Shown here: one piece after another, positions 39,783 through 52,718 of the stretch
Numbering within the stretch: position 1 is the stretch's first letter
Layout: each line of letters starts with the position of its first letter
Origin: Podarcis bocagei
Taxonomy: Eukaryota
Length of the DNA: 64,000 bases
Strand: one strand, 5' to 3'
Assembly (NCBI GenBank): GCA_964188305.1
Contig: OZ076901.1
Position numbers and translations under genes: made by a program
Notes under the pieces: model-generated
What the model was told of the DNA's origin: nothing
The model's input: the letters and a program-made list of their open reading frames with translations, nothing else
Databases searched by the model: none

Positions 39783-41179
39783 ATACTCTTGGACTGGTTT
39801 CCGCAGCGCACCGTGTGTGTTTCTCTGTCTGCTCACTTCCTTTCTATGTCCTTAACTATAGACCTTGTAAGCTAACTTAAGGCGCCTCTTATTAATCTCT
39901 TGTTTGCTCTTGAGGAACTGCCTCTTCAGTGACCCTGTCCAGAATGCTCGTGTTAGGTTTTATCTTCTGTGTGCTGTAGATCAAACTTCTGGAACAGTGG
40001 GTTATCACTCCAGCACAAGCCCATGTCCTTTCTGAGAACCCTGGGACTAACCAGCCCCAGTCCCCAGAATGAGGGATTTAGAGGGACTGGTATTTGCCTT
40101 CCAAACAAATGTCCCTCTTTTGAGACTGTGATGACTCCAGATGATGCCCGAGTCATTGTCTCCAACCCAACAGTGGTTCAGGAGGCAGGCGTTGCTTTTA
40201 AATCACAAACACAAATGTGCCCACCTGGAAGGACGAGAGGAATGATGTCTTTCCATTCCCTTTTCCTCTCCAGAAGTGTTTGATCTGGCATAACTCTTCA
40301 ATTGTGTAATGAGATTAGATTCCCTTTCCTTATGCACGACAACCCTAGTACTGAAAATCCTGGGCTAGCACCCTAAATCACTGCTGCTGTTTCTTGTGGT
40401 TTAGCAGCCTAGCATTACCCATGCTGAATACACGCACAGACAGCTTAAATTCAGGCACTCTTCTTCCAGGAGGAGTCCCTCCCCCTTTAATGAAGAAGTT
40501 ATAACTCAGCCCAGGCATTAATCTGTTTGCGGGAGGGGCGTGCTCTTTTCAAAACTGCCACCATTTTTAGTCCTAATATCCCTTCCTGGGTAGGAACTTG
40601 GTATACAGTGGACACTAAATAATCTTTTATACAGTCACCAAAGCCACTTCTCTTTCAGCCTCCAGGTTGGCTTAGCTTTCAGGTTCTGACCAAGAGAAAG
40701 CTACACTTGGGAATAAAAAAAAACCCACGAACTAATGTTTTGTATAGGAAAATGTTGGGACTGATACTTAGATCACACTCTTGTCTGTAATACCACATGT
40801 AGAGCAAAATTTGAGTCTCTACTATTGCTTGAGCAGAAGTTAATGTTTCCCCCCTCTTCATGGGCTATAGTCACATTGCACTTTTTTTTCCTGAGTTTCA
40901 CGCAAATGGGAATCCACCTTTGCTGCACACCTCTTTCATAAATTACTTCCATAATTATTATTTCAGTCTTAACTTTGAGTTTAGCAATGCTTTTAAAGGA
41001 CTACTTGTGTATATAGAATTGGCGGATGAAGTATTTTTTTTAAAAAGAAAAGACCTATTTTCTGTCATTGCAAAACTTTTGGATGAGGCCTGAGTTGCAA
41101 CAACTTAGCATAATTGATATGTAGCCTGCTAGAAACATTTTTATGTTGGTGTCTCTGACCTCCACAGAGTTTTCTAGCA

Positions 41180-41372
41180 AGAACCTCAAGTTATGTTAAC
41201 CTTGGGTAACGTAAACTTAAGTTTGCAAAAGCAGGAAACCTGGAAGTGTTTTGCCACATGTGCAGAAGTGGTCTACTGCCGTGTACGCAGAAGTAGTCTC
41301 TCCGGTTGCGAAAACTTTGGGATACGGCCGGACCTCCGGAACGGACCCCGTTCACAACTGGAGGTACCACTG
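41180..41372. mobile_element. Degenerate Tigger-like MITE in the putative 3' UTR
   Basis: ggacctccggaacgga..gaggtaccactg end is shared with the MITE at 38710 and resembles that at 50351; left end eroded. Confidence 0.65.
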
Positions 41373-42504
41373 TGCTTGTCCCAGGAGGCTCAAACATGGA
41401 TATAAACACCCAGTTTCCTTGTCGCTGGATAGATTCTGTCCCTGTGCTCTCCTAGCTCTGTGCTTAGACTGTGTGAGCAGAGTTTAGGACGGCATGCACT
41501 TCTGCAATGGAGTAGCTTGTGCCTACTTCTCATTGGCTTTCTCCTGAATTACACAGCTTCTCAAACACAGCCCTAATTGGGGAGCAGGGAGAGAGACACA
41601 GTGAAACCAGTTAAACATTATGGCTTTAAGAAAAGGGTTTTGAGATAGTTCCCAGGATCTTTTCGGTGAACCTCCCTAACTTTATGTTACTGTAGTCTTC
41701 TGCCTTTCTGGGGCCCCTCGGGTGTTGGGGCTTTCCTAGCCGTCGCCTGAGCAGGGCGCCTCTCAGTAGGTAGTGTGCTAAGAAGATAGCTCAAAATTGA
41801 TCCCACGTGAGATTTCTTACTGCTTCCTCATCCGTGTGCACACTGGAATATACTGACTGATCTTAGGAACGCTGATGTCATTTATCTTCCGCCTGCAGTC
41901 CAGAGGCTCAAGCATGGCCACAGTCAACCCCCCTCTACTTTGTGGCCTTTGCAACAGGAATTGATGCCATTTCTTGGCTTGCTCTTTTTTTTAACCCATT
42001 GCTGATGTCTGGCAACTGCTTTCAATCACCGTAATTACACAGTGGTCTGCCAGTGATAGAATGTACCTCAGTGCTTTGACTGTCCCTTTTTCCCCCCTCC
42101 GTGCGGTCATCACAATGTCATTTGGTGGCAATGGCAGCAATGACTTGATTGGCAAGGCTGTTGAAGAGAGAAATTCTAAACTAGATTGAGCCTACCCTCT
42201 TGGACAGAACACATAGCATGCGCCCGCTGTTGCACTTCTGCCTAAGCCTGTTTCTATTCTGTGTCAATCTCCTGAGCTTCTGAATGTGGTCTGTGTATGC
42301 TGCCATGCCATGTCACGTCAGAGCTTTCCCATCCCTCAGAGAAAAGAAAACCTTAACATCTTTGCTGTCTTTGACAGGAGATGTCCAGCTCTATATTCAT
42401 CTGGCTGACCCCTGGGCATTACTGAGAGACATACAGCTTCCTCCTGTCCCCATCTATCTTCTGTGTGTGCTGCCAGCCATACCAAAAGAGTGTGCCATCT
42501 TGTG

Positions 42505-42510
42505 AATAAA
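42505..42510 (+). terminator. Candidate polyadenylation signal
   Basis: AATAAA followed by T-rich and TG-containing sequence. Confidence 0.55.
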
Positions 42511-45500
42511 TACTTTTCTATAATCTAAGAATCTGTGCTGCTTCACTAGTGGGAACAGCACATTCCAAAAGTGATGCCCACTGTTTGGGGGTAGGCTGTC
42601 AACAAAAGGGTTTATGTGGGACTGCAATATTTGTTCTTTAGCTCTGCAGAGAGAGAGAAAAATCCTAGTGTCTAACCTTTGCCAAAGCCAGGGGCCAGTG
42701 GAGAGAGGAAGGTTGCCTGTTCAGGGCTAGCGCTACCCTAGGGCTCCCCTCAAACTCACAGCCTGACTTTTATTTATTTTGGTTTTAAAACAAAAACAAA
42801 AAATCAGACATGTCTGGCTTAAACAATAAAGCCTGATCTTCTTCCCAATGTGTCTCCAGCTTGCTCAGTTGTCTGAGATTCATTCTTCCACCCAGTGCAA
42901 ATGACACAGGCCCCTGTTGAGGGCAGGTGAGATGGAAACCGGGAAGGGCCAATTCCATCTGCAGCCTTGCACACTCCTGTGAAAACGTATAAAATGACTT
43001 GAGCAAGAGTCATAATCTGTGCTTATCTGAAGCTATTTATTACAGTTGGTGTTCAATGAGCACATCCTGACCCTGGTCTGAAGACCATCCATCCCCAAGT
43101 AGGCACACTAAAAGCTTAAACATCATTTTGAATTGGTCCAACCTGCAAGTCCAGGTGGTCCAGCAAGGCAGGTATATCTCAAGGTAAGTACTGAATCGAC
43201 AGCAGCAGCCACCACTGGGCTTCAGTGCAGCATAATTATCTTGACATGTTCAGAGGAGTCAGTGCCAGCAATAGGATGCATGGAAAGTGACTTCTGAATT
43301 TTTCTCATTCACCTTTGGTTAACAAGCATCACAAAATATGCAGCAAAGTAAAGCATGGAAATATAGGCTGTTAGACCTTTAAAATATGTCCTTTAAAGTG
43401 AGCTCCAATATTTCTCTCTTACCCCAGCATATAAAAAAGACTGCACATTTGGTAAGTTACAAAATAAGTTTCCTTACAAACTCTCCAAAGGTCAGATCCG
43501 TGTGTTTCAGAAAATTGCACAGGCAGTAAAACATGGCATAGTTATGAAATGGTGAAAGTTTCTAAATTATTGGTATAGGAACTTGAGAGCGGTTTGTGAG
43601 AGCCATGTGGTCTGAACTGGAGCAGCCAGATTAGATGTTCTTACATGGCGAACTCAATAGGAACAAAGACTTGACTACCTAGTTCCTCCCAAGGTGAGCT
43701 AAACCTGGCAGGACAGCTTACTATATGGTCTTTTACACCTTCATGCATTAATCAGACTTCAAGCATATTGGTTATTTAAGCTGGTTATCCCATACCTAGA
43801 AAGAGGCGTTTTTTAGAGAGAGAGAAAACTTTTTTTCTTAAATGCTCCTATAGAGTTGGCTCATGAAGTACAGTAATGAAAGAAAGCCAGGGCAGCTTTA
43901 GTGTCCACCAGTACAGTTTAGGGGGGGGGGGGACTATGAATTGAAAAGGAGTCCCTGATTAATTGGGCAGCAGATTTCTGAAAACAAAGTTGGCATTTTA
44001 AAAGACTTACCGTATCCCCTCTTTTTCCTAATGCATCTTTTAAAATGCTATTACACATGTGCATCATCTGAAAACAAAGAAAATAACGCTCCTTCAGGCA
44101 TACCATGTTTATTTGCAAATGTATGCAGATTTAATAAATAGGTTAACTAAGTAATAACTCAATGTTAGAAATGCAATTTGTTCTAGCCACAGAGAACATG
44201 AAATGAGTTAGATGGTGGCCAACCCACTTTTATTTCCTGCTAATCAAGAGGTTTGCCTTGCTCTCCTCTTTTCATTGGAAGTCAAGACGTGATTTCAAAA
44301 TAAGCAGATTTTGTTGGAGCAGTTTCTTAGTTCTTCTCTCACCCCCCACAGTGCTGTTAGTGCGTACAGAGTGCCAGTGTCTAGCAAGTACCACTGAAAC
44401 TGCAGTTGGCCTCAGGAGGGCAGCTGCTTATGTTTCTAGGCCAAGGGCAAATGGCTTTCAGAGGGCAATTTTATCCAGGCTAGCATGGGATGAAGGTAAA
44501 ATTCCCTTCCATCTGCTGTGGTTGCGATCTTGGCGGTGGGCGTGCAGTATAGCTGCTATTCAAAAACACTGCAGATGCAGCTCTGAAGATGAAATTGAAT
44601 ATATAGTCTGGCAGTCAAGATAGGCTAGAAGAATAACTTGGCTTCTACCCACTAAGAATAAAACAACTTTGTAGATCAGGGCCACAAGGAACTGGTGGTC
44701 CTCTAGCTATTGGTGTCAGGCAAGTCTATCAACTCCAACTGGCATGGACAATTAATCGGGTGCTCGGAGTTGTTGATTGACTAGAATGGGTTTCCCACCC
44801 ATGTTGCAAATGGCTCTGAAAACTGAGCAAGTACTTGTGTCCTTTTCAAATGGGATTTTTTTCTTTCCATTTTCCACTCCCATCATCATGCGTAGTGCTC
44901 TTATTTTGTTCTGCACTGGCACAATGCAGAGGAACAGCAGAAACTTAAGTTGCCACTGCATTAGCGGTATAAATAGGACAGGAATAAAGTGCACGATTGC
45001 CTAAGGTGCAAATTAACTGGTGCTGTTTGAGAAAACAGGTGTGAATTCCGCATGGTTGGCACACCATGAAATAGCAGCAGACCTTGCAAGAAAGTGATGG
45101 GGCGACTGACTGCAAGCTCTGGTCTTTGTACCACTCCGTCATTAGGACTTGAGCACCACAGTGTGCTCTCCATGCTTTTAAATCTAGAATAGCTCAGATG
45201 TCCCTATAGTTTTAGGAACCCCCAGCTGGCAGAGCAATCTTGGCCCTCCAGAGGATCCAGTTTGGTTAATGAGGCCATTTCCACAGAACCACACTCCTCT
45301 GCTGCTGTCCTGGTGATATGTGCTGGTGGATGAGGCTCAATTCTTTGACGACTGTGCCCATTACTGTACATCCCTTTCCATTTGGCCGGGCCCTGCAATT
45401 CCCCTGATGGGGGCTGCTACATGCAACCATAGCAGCAGGATCAAACACTGCTCATCCGCTGATTCTAAGGGCAGCAAATTGTTTTGGTGGCAAGTGGGAC

Positions 45501-45976
45501 TATGCATATGACTGGCATAGTAATTTTTTTATTGCACCACAAGTAACCAGTCCAAAAAGCCTTTGGAAGGGATGGTGTTATCTCACTTAGTAGGTGCCTA
45601 TTTTTTTAAAAAGAGATGCTATACAGAATGGACTTGGCTAGGGGCAGGAGACAGAACCCACCTGTGGCCTTTGTGTCAGGTCTCTACAGCTGTACGGAGA
45701 GCTCTGAAGCTGTAAAAGTTCAATGACACTTGAACACACTCATTAACAGCATGTTAAGGGACAGTTCACGGTGCTGACTGACATACCAAAGTGCTTAAAT
45801 GTCTTGAGATATAACAGACCTGGGAAATGTCTAACACATCTCCCAGTTGTTACCTTGAAAATAGCCCATGAACCCTTTTTAGGAGGTTTGGAAAAGTTTT
45901 GTTGTAGCACCCAGATGCTTGGAGCCTTAATGTAATGCGCCTCCAGTCTACAATGCTGGGCGATGGGTCGTAATGG

Positions 45977-45995
45977 AGCCACCAGATGGCAGCAC
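45977..45995 (+). promoter_or_regulatory. Candidate CTCF site
   Basis: gccaccagatggcagca closely matches the CTCF core. Confidence 0.55.
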
Positions 45996-46038
45996 ATTAT
46001 TGGCATAGATTTGGGATTAAATCTGATATAGATGGAAC

Positions 46039-46209
46039 TAGGGTTGCCATATTTCAAAAAGTGAAAATCCGGACACAAAAGTTGTTGAGCTTTATTGGGG
46101 GGGGGGGCAAATAAATGACACTTCTCCTGGGTTGCCATATGCCCAGACGCCATTTTCGACGGACAAATCCTGTGTATGTCCGGGAAATTCCAGCCATATG
46201 GCAGCCCTA
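46039..46209. mobile_element. hAT (Blackjack-like) MITE
   Basis: TIRs tagggttgccatat / atatggcagcccta; perfect TSD gatggaac. Confidence 0.9.
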
Positions 46210-47392
46210 GATGGAACCAAAGAGTACTTCAAAAGATGTTGCCGCAAGCATTTTAATTTTCCTAAGGCCTTCTATGAAAATGAATGTTAATAGCAACCAA
46301 AGGTACATTAGAATGCTAAACAAAGGGAATGCACAACAGCTCAATGCAGCAGCAAGGAACCTGTAGCCCTCAACAAGTTGTTGGACTCCAGTTCCCACCA
46401 GCCCCAGCTAGCCTAGCTGCCTAGCCAAAGCTCAGGAGTTATGGGAACTGTAGTCCTGCAACATCTGGCGAGCCACAGGCTTCCCATCCTTGGACTCCTT
46501 AATGGATTCTCTCCCCACCGTTTGTGCAGAAGCTTGGAGGTTCCCAAGCTGTTCCAGTGAAAACTGTCCTACCGACCCCATACATACTACAGTAATTTGT
46601 GATCCAGCACTGCCTCTGTTTCTTGGTCAACAAATCTGTTTAAGAGAAAACTCGGGTGGAGTTTTCTTTCTATCCAAGGCGGAAAATCTGGTTTTTCTTG
46701 TTAAAGCTAGATAAATGGGCTTGGCTGCCAGGCACCACCATAGTAATGTGTAGGCGATGTCAGAGAAAACAGAGCCATGAGAAAACTGTAGTAATGAGCA
46801 GGTGATGGCAAGGAAACAGAGGCTGGGAAGAACTTTGAAAGGTTCTCTACAGTTCATATGCCTTCTCTCCAGTCTTTGGATATTTAAACCCACCCTCTTA
46901 TTCAGAATTTACCCATAAATTTTGGTTCTCCTGCCAATTCAGCACTGACAATGCTGGTAAATAGATAGCATGCATGCAATAGCATGCACCCTGCTGCAAT
47001 AGCATGCACCCTGCTGCTACATGTGAGCTCTGTAGAAAAGGGTACCAAGTCACTTGCATTAAAACAGAGCATGGCATCGTTGACTCACCTCCTAAAACCA
47101 CAATTGAATGACCATTAGAACTAAATGGCAGCAGTTCTTGAACATTGAGTGGTGTTAATGGGGTAAGGTGGATGCAGTTGGCCCCATGATTCCCATGTGG
47201 ATCAATGCAGCTGTTCTAGCAAGAGCTCGCCATCACCTTTCCAGGCTGCTGAGAGGAGGATGGCCGTAGAAACTTATGCACTGGGAAATGATATACAATT
47301 AATTGAAGAGGATGCTCAAAATAACTTTTGTAAAAAAAAAAATCAGAAGCTTTTCTTTTGGGAATTATATGGACAGAACTACCTAAATTGTA

Positions 47393-48085
47393 CCGTATTT
47401 TTCATCCCATAGGACACACCTAGTTTTTTTGGGGGGGGAATAAAAGAAAAAGTTTTCCCCTTTATTTCCCCCCCAAAAGCAGGTCGGGGAAACCGAACCA
47501 GGTCGAGGAACAGCGGGATGGCGGCGCTGCGCCTCCCTGCTGTCCCCCGAGCTTGTGGGGCTGGCCGATGTCTGCCTGGCGTGAGGGGCACTCTGCTTCA
47601 GGGCGCCCCACGTGCCAGGCAGCAGGCTGCTATCCGCAGCGTGGGGAGCCCTGCGGGGAACTCCTGCAGGGCTCCCCACGCTGCGGATGTCTGTCCGGCG
47701 CGCGGGGCGCTCTGCTTCAGGGCGCATCACCCGCCGGGCGGCAGGCTGCTATCCGCAGAGTGGGGAGCCCTGTGGGGAACTCCCGCAGGGCTGCCTAGGC
47801 TGCGGAGGTGTTCCCGAAGCGCTGGGCGCTCTGCTTTCAGGGCGCCCGACGCTCCGGGAAGCAGGCTGCTATCCGCAGCCTAAACAGCCCTGCGGGACCT
47901 CCTGCAGGGCTGCCTAGGCTGCGGATGTGTTCCCGAAGCCTGGAGAGCAAGAGGGGTCGGTGCGCACCGACCCCTCTCGCTCTCCAAGCTTCAGCGAAAG
48001 CCTGCATTTGCCCCATAGGACGCACCCAGATTTCCCCTTCATTTTTGGAGGGGAAAAAGTGCGTCCTATAGGGCAAAAAATACGG
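47393..48085. mobile_element. Tc2/pogo-like non-autonomous transposon with internal ~120-bp hairpin repeats
   Basis: TA|ccgtattttt...aaaaaatacgg|TA; three GC-rich internal units. Confidence 0.88.
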
Positions 48086-48121
48086 TATACTACTACAATT
48101 GCTATACTACTACAGCAGCAA

Positions 48122-48535
48122 GAATTCTACTTGCCCCAAAGTGAAAAGAAGCAGAAGTCCCAGCAAAGGAAGAATGGATCCAAAACCTATGGAACATGCA
48201 GAAATGGCGAAACTTACCGGAAGAATAAGAAATCAAGACAACAAACTTTTTGTAAAAGAATGGAAATGGTTTATTGTATATTTGCAGATAAATTGCAAAT
48301 AGAAACATTGGCGGGATTTTTGTAATAACCTGCAGTTTCATAAGAGTGTATATTTAAAGTAGATAATTAAATGAGCAAATTAAATGAATTTGGATATGCA
48401 GAAAATATTAAAAAATAAATTCAGGGAACCGCAGAGAGAAGGGGAAGGAAGTCAAGTTTTGAAATGTTAAAATGATTCTAAAACTAATGAAATGTATAAA
48501 CTTGAAAAGTATAAATAAAAACTTTTTTAAAAAAA
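48122..48535 (+). mobile_element. L1-clade LINE 3' fragment
   Basis: AEMAKLTGRIRNQDNKLFVKEWKWFIVYL, similar to 62506-62850; A-rich tail. Confidence 0.8.
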
Positions 48536-48766
48536 GAACCTCTGAGACACTGCATCCTCCTGCTCTGGGGTGTTGTGCCCCTATAATTTGAGAACCACTG
48601 CTGTTGTTGAAATGCATGTCACAATTATTCTGCATACAGAAGTATGACTTATGGTACCATGCTTAAAATAATATGATTATCATTATAATAGGGTTCATTA
48701 CACTGGCTTTTTTAACATTATCAGTAGAGGTCTCCACTTTGGAGAGTTTAACACTGATGGGTGGTA

Positions 48767-48899
48767 GATGCTGCCCATCTAGTAATGTCAATGTGTAGAG
48801 TCATCTCTTGTGTTGTTGGAAAAGAGTGTTTGTGATGACCAGCTTGTTCTCTTGACAGAGCTCTATTAGCCTTTGCCCTGCTTCGTTCTGAACTCCAAG
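48767..48899 (-). mobile_element. BovB endonuclease-region fragment (inverted)
   Basis: Minus-strand LGVQNEAGQRLIELCQENKLVITNTLFQQHKR, typical of an RTE/BovB APE domain. Confidence 0.8.
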
Positions 48900-49307
48900 G
48901 GAGCTGGACCATAAAGAAGGCTGATCGCCGAATAATCGATGCTTTTGAATTATGGTGCTGGAGGAGCCGCTTGCGAGTCCCATGGACTGCAAGAAGATCA
49001 AACCTATCCATTCTGAAGGAAATCAGCCCTGAGTGCTCACTGGAAGGACGGAGCCTGAAGTTGAGGCTCCAATACTTTGGCCACCTCATGAGAAGAGAAG
49101 TCTCCCTGGAAAAGACCCTGATGTTGGGAAAGATGGAGGGCACAAGGAGAAGGGGACGACAGAGGATGAGATGGTTGGACAGTGTTCTCGAAGCTACCAG
49201 CATGAGTTTGACCAAGCTGCAGGAGGCAGTGGAAGACAGGAGTGCCTGGCGTACCCTGGTCCATGGGGTCACGAAGAGTCGGACATGACTAAATGACTAA
49301 ACAACAA
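48900..49307 (+). mobile_element. BovB LINE 3' end
   Basis: RVPWTARRSNLSILKEISPECSLEG..YFGHLMRR..HGVTKSRT plus (caa)n tail. Confidence 0.93.
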
Positions 49308-50059
49308 TGCACAATCAGGATTGCATATTAAGGCTCCCGATTGTGCATTGGCAGAGACAACTGCCACACACCTGATGTCACATAAGGCATTGCTTTGGGA
49401 TGGGTTAAGTGTCAGCCTCATGGGCCAAATTCAAACTCCTGGGGGGCCAGATGTTCCCCACCCCATTTTAAATCATGGGGTAGGAAGAGATGAAGGTGAT
49501 CAGGTACATTTGCAGAAACCTCAAACATAATGAGAGATAAGTAATTTTACATCATGGATTGGAAGGTATTTCCATTCAGGATCAAGCAAGAGTTAGCAAA
49601 AGTCTTCTATCCCCAAACCTTATTATTCCCTAAATAGTCTTCACAGAATAGAATTTCCTTCTCCTTGCTGCTTATGAAGGCTTGTTAGATTGCCAGCCCT
49701 CTTCTGTCAACTCCAGAAAAGGAGGGAGGTAATGGGGATTGTGTGTGGGTTGGTATTTAAAATTTTATTTTTGTGGTTATTACAGGGTGAGTACAGAATC
49801 ATGAGACCTGATAAAAAGCACAAGATCTGGCAGCCTAATGGAAAAAGGGGGAAATAAAGGGTTCTCTAAGAAGAGTTCTGACCTGGCATACTACAAAGCA
49901 GCTTTTTGTCCATCTAACTTGCAGCTCTTTACATTTTACAGCACATTGTTTCCCTCAAAGAATTCTGGGCAGTGTAGTTTTCTGGGAATTGTAACACTGT
50001 GAGGAGCACCTCCACTACGCAGTATTTCAGACTTTTAGTTTAGGGGAAACTTCTGCCAC

Positions 50060-50320
50060 ATGAAAGAAGCTTATAAAATTACACAAGGCATGGAGAAAGC
50101 AGAGAGAGGTTTTTCCTCTCTCATAACACTAGAATTCACGGACAGTCAGTGAAGCTGAATGTTGGAAGATCTGGGACTTGCAAAATAAAGTCTTCCTTCA
50201 CGCAGCACATAGCTAAACCAATGGAAGTTGCTCCCAAAAGAGGCAGTGATGGCCACAAACTTTGAAATGGCTTTGAAAGAGATTTGGACAAATCCATGGA
50301 CAAGAAAGCTATCAATACCT
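50060..50320 (+). mobile_element. CR1 LINE 3' fragment
   Basis: ctctctcataacactagaa..gaagctgaatgttggaaga..gaggcagtgatggccac..ttggacaaatccatgga. Confidence 0.7.
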
Positions 50321-50350
50321 GCTTGTCATGATGACTTGGCTTTGCCTTTA

Positions 50351-50600
50351 AAGTGGTACCTCGGGTTACAGACGCTTCAGGTTACGCGATTTCGGGTTGC
50401 GCACCGCGCCAAATCCAGAAATACCGGAATGGGCTACTTCTGGGTTTCGGCGCTTGTGCATGTGCAGAAACACTAAATTGTGCTTTGCACATGCACAGAA
50501 GCATCGAATCGCCACCCACACATGCGCTGCGGGTTGCGAATGCTGCGGGTTGCGAACATGCCTCCCGCATGGATCACGTTCACAACCTGAGGTTCCATTG
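50351..50600. mobile_element. Tigger/pogo-like MITE
   Basis: TA|aagtggtacctcgggtt...aacctgaggttccattg|TA. Confidence 0.8.
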
Positions 50601-50886
50601 TATGGTCAAAGGCAGCAGCGCTTCTGATTCTATCTTCTGGAAACCTTGGGAGGGGAGAGGGCTCTTGTGGTTGCAGGTTTCCCGCAGGTACCTGGGTGGA
50701 CAATGTGAAGAACAGACGGCTGGACTCAGTGGGCCAGCAGGCTGTTCTTATGTACATGATTCTCCTGACACTTGGTTATCTCTCACCTTTTTGCCATCGT
50801 GGAGCTTACAGTAGCATAGAGCAGATTTCTAAGGTGTCTCCCATCCTGACATGGACCACACCAAGACCTACTTAGCTTCTGTAAGG

Positions 50887-51497
50887 TAGGGTTACCAGAT
50901 GTCCCTGGTTCCCAGGGAATGTCTCCAGATTTGCAAATCTGTCCTCAGGAAATGTGGCAGTGGCAGTCTCAGTAGCCCAGAGCCAGCCTGGTAGCGCAGT
51001 TGGCTCTGGCTGGCTTCAGGAGCTGCTTGCTGCCATGGCGTCCGCCATTTTTCCTTGCTGGAAGTCCCCATATGATGTGAGCAACACATCATATGGGGAC
51101 TTCTGATGAAGAAAAATGGCAGGCGCCACAGCAGCGAGCAGCTCCTGAAGCCAGCCAGAGCCAACTATGCTACCAGGCTGGCTCTGGGCTGCTGACTTCC
51201 GCTGCCACCACCACTGCAGATCTCCTGCCCCCTTCCCCCTTTGTTTTGACTGATCGGGGGAGGCTCGGGAGTTGCGGGTGGGTGGGTGTTGCCCAGTTTT
51301 GTAAAAACTCTGTGCATTTATGTTTCACAGGGTGTGAAAGAAGGGCATTGCACCTTTATACAACATGCATGTGTGCTTGGGCCCAGGGTCTTTTGCCTCA
51401 CCATCCCCACTACTGACTCCCTGTTGCGACTCAGCTTCAAAAAAAATAAAAAAAAATAAGTGTTCCCAGATTCATTGAAAAAAGTCTGGTAACCATA
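50887..51497. mobile_element. hAT (Blackjack-like) element with a long internal palindrome
   Basis: TIRs tagggttaccaga / tctggtaaccata; no clear TSD. Confidence 0.65.
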
Positions 51498-51904
51498 GCC
51501 TCATAGAGCTCTGTGGTCTACAGCTCAAGATGGCTACCTGGCCCATCACACCCATCGGGCAAGGTGAGGCGAGAGCAGCCTCTCAAGGAATGAGATCCAG
51601 CCTCCAAGGAATGCATTGCCTGTTGCTGCCACCTTGGTGTGCTCCTTAGAGGCCAGATCTGTCCCCCATCGCCACCTCTACAGTGGCCTCTTAGCCTAGA
51701 GGCGGCGCTGCTGGTCTCTCCCCAGCCTTGTTCATGATGTAAATCTTTGTTCCCCCCGCCTTGTTCCTGAGGTCACTCTTCCCCCACCCCTTCTTCCCTG
51801 GGCACGGAGTGAGCAGAACCATTTTGTGGTTTACCTCAGGTGGCAAAATGTTTGGGGCTGACACTGATGGCTGCCATGATTTCAGTGGAGTGGGAGAATG
51901 CTGT

Positions 51905-52718
51905 TGTTTTTTAAATATTTTTTTAATTAGGAATTTGAACAAAATATATTATCTTAAAACGTATCATCCTTAATTTCCCCCCCCCCTATAAAACAACCCA
52001 CCCTCCCCTCCCCCCCAACTTCCCTCAGATCCAATCTCTGGTTTCTCTACAAATGCTATTCTCTGCATGTTACAAAATTGTATAAATCCTTAATTTATCT
52101 GACTGGTTATTGTCAATAAAAAGTTTGTAAGTGTTTTTCAAAGCCTGCCAAGGAGTCCAGTTCACTTTGTTGCTTCTTTAAGTACTTTGTAAAAGGTTCC
52201 CATTCATCTTTAAAGTCACAGTTATCCTTGTCCTGTAGTTTATGTGTCAATTTTGCCAATTCTGCGTAGTCCATCAGTTTCTCTTGCCATAGTTCTTTAG
52301 TCGGGGTTTCCTCATTCTTCCATCCTTGTGATATTAAGACTTGCTGCCATTGTCACATACATGAAGATATTTTTCTGCTTCCTTGGCAGGTCTTTTCCTA
52401 TAATCCCTAACAGAAATGCTTCAGGTTTCTTAACAAATGTTAGATGTAACATTTTCTTCAATTCATTGTATATCATTTCCCAAAACTTTTTAATTTCCTT
52501 ACAATCCCACCACATATGGTAAAATGTCCCCTCCTTTTCCTTACATTTCCAACACATATTTGAGCTGGCTTTATACATTATTCCTAACTGCACTGGTGTC
52601 TTATACCATCTATACGTCATCTTCATATAATTTTCTTTCAACAAAGAACCATCTGTAAATTTTAAATCAATTTTCCATAACCTTTCCCAATCTTCCATCA
52701 TAATGTTATGACCTATAT
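51905..52718 (-). mobile_element. L1-clade LINE 3' fragment (ORF2 C-terminus)
   Basis: CWKCKEKEGTFYHMWWDC zinc-finger-like motif; related to copy at 62365. Confidence 0.88.

Larger units (their letters stand above)
39783..42530 (+). other. OGDH: Probable OGDH 3' UTR (~2.7 kb)
   Basis: Repeat-poor stretch from the stop to AATAAA at 42505; alternative AATAAA at 40712; end not verifiable without RNA data. Confidence 0.55.

Noticed and set aside
48748-49296. 174-aa and neighbouring ORFs
   Set aside because: Sense and antisense frames of BovB fragments
50833-50886. 5S rRNA-like sequence on the minus strand
   Set aside because: Short and degenerate; at most a 5S-derived SINE relic
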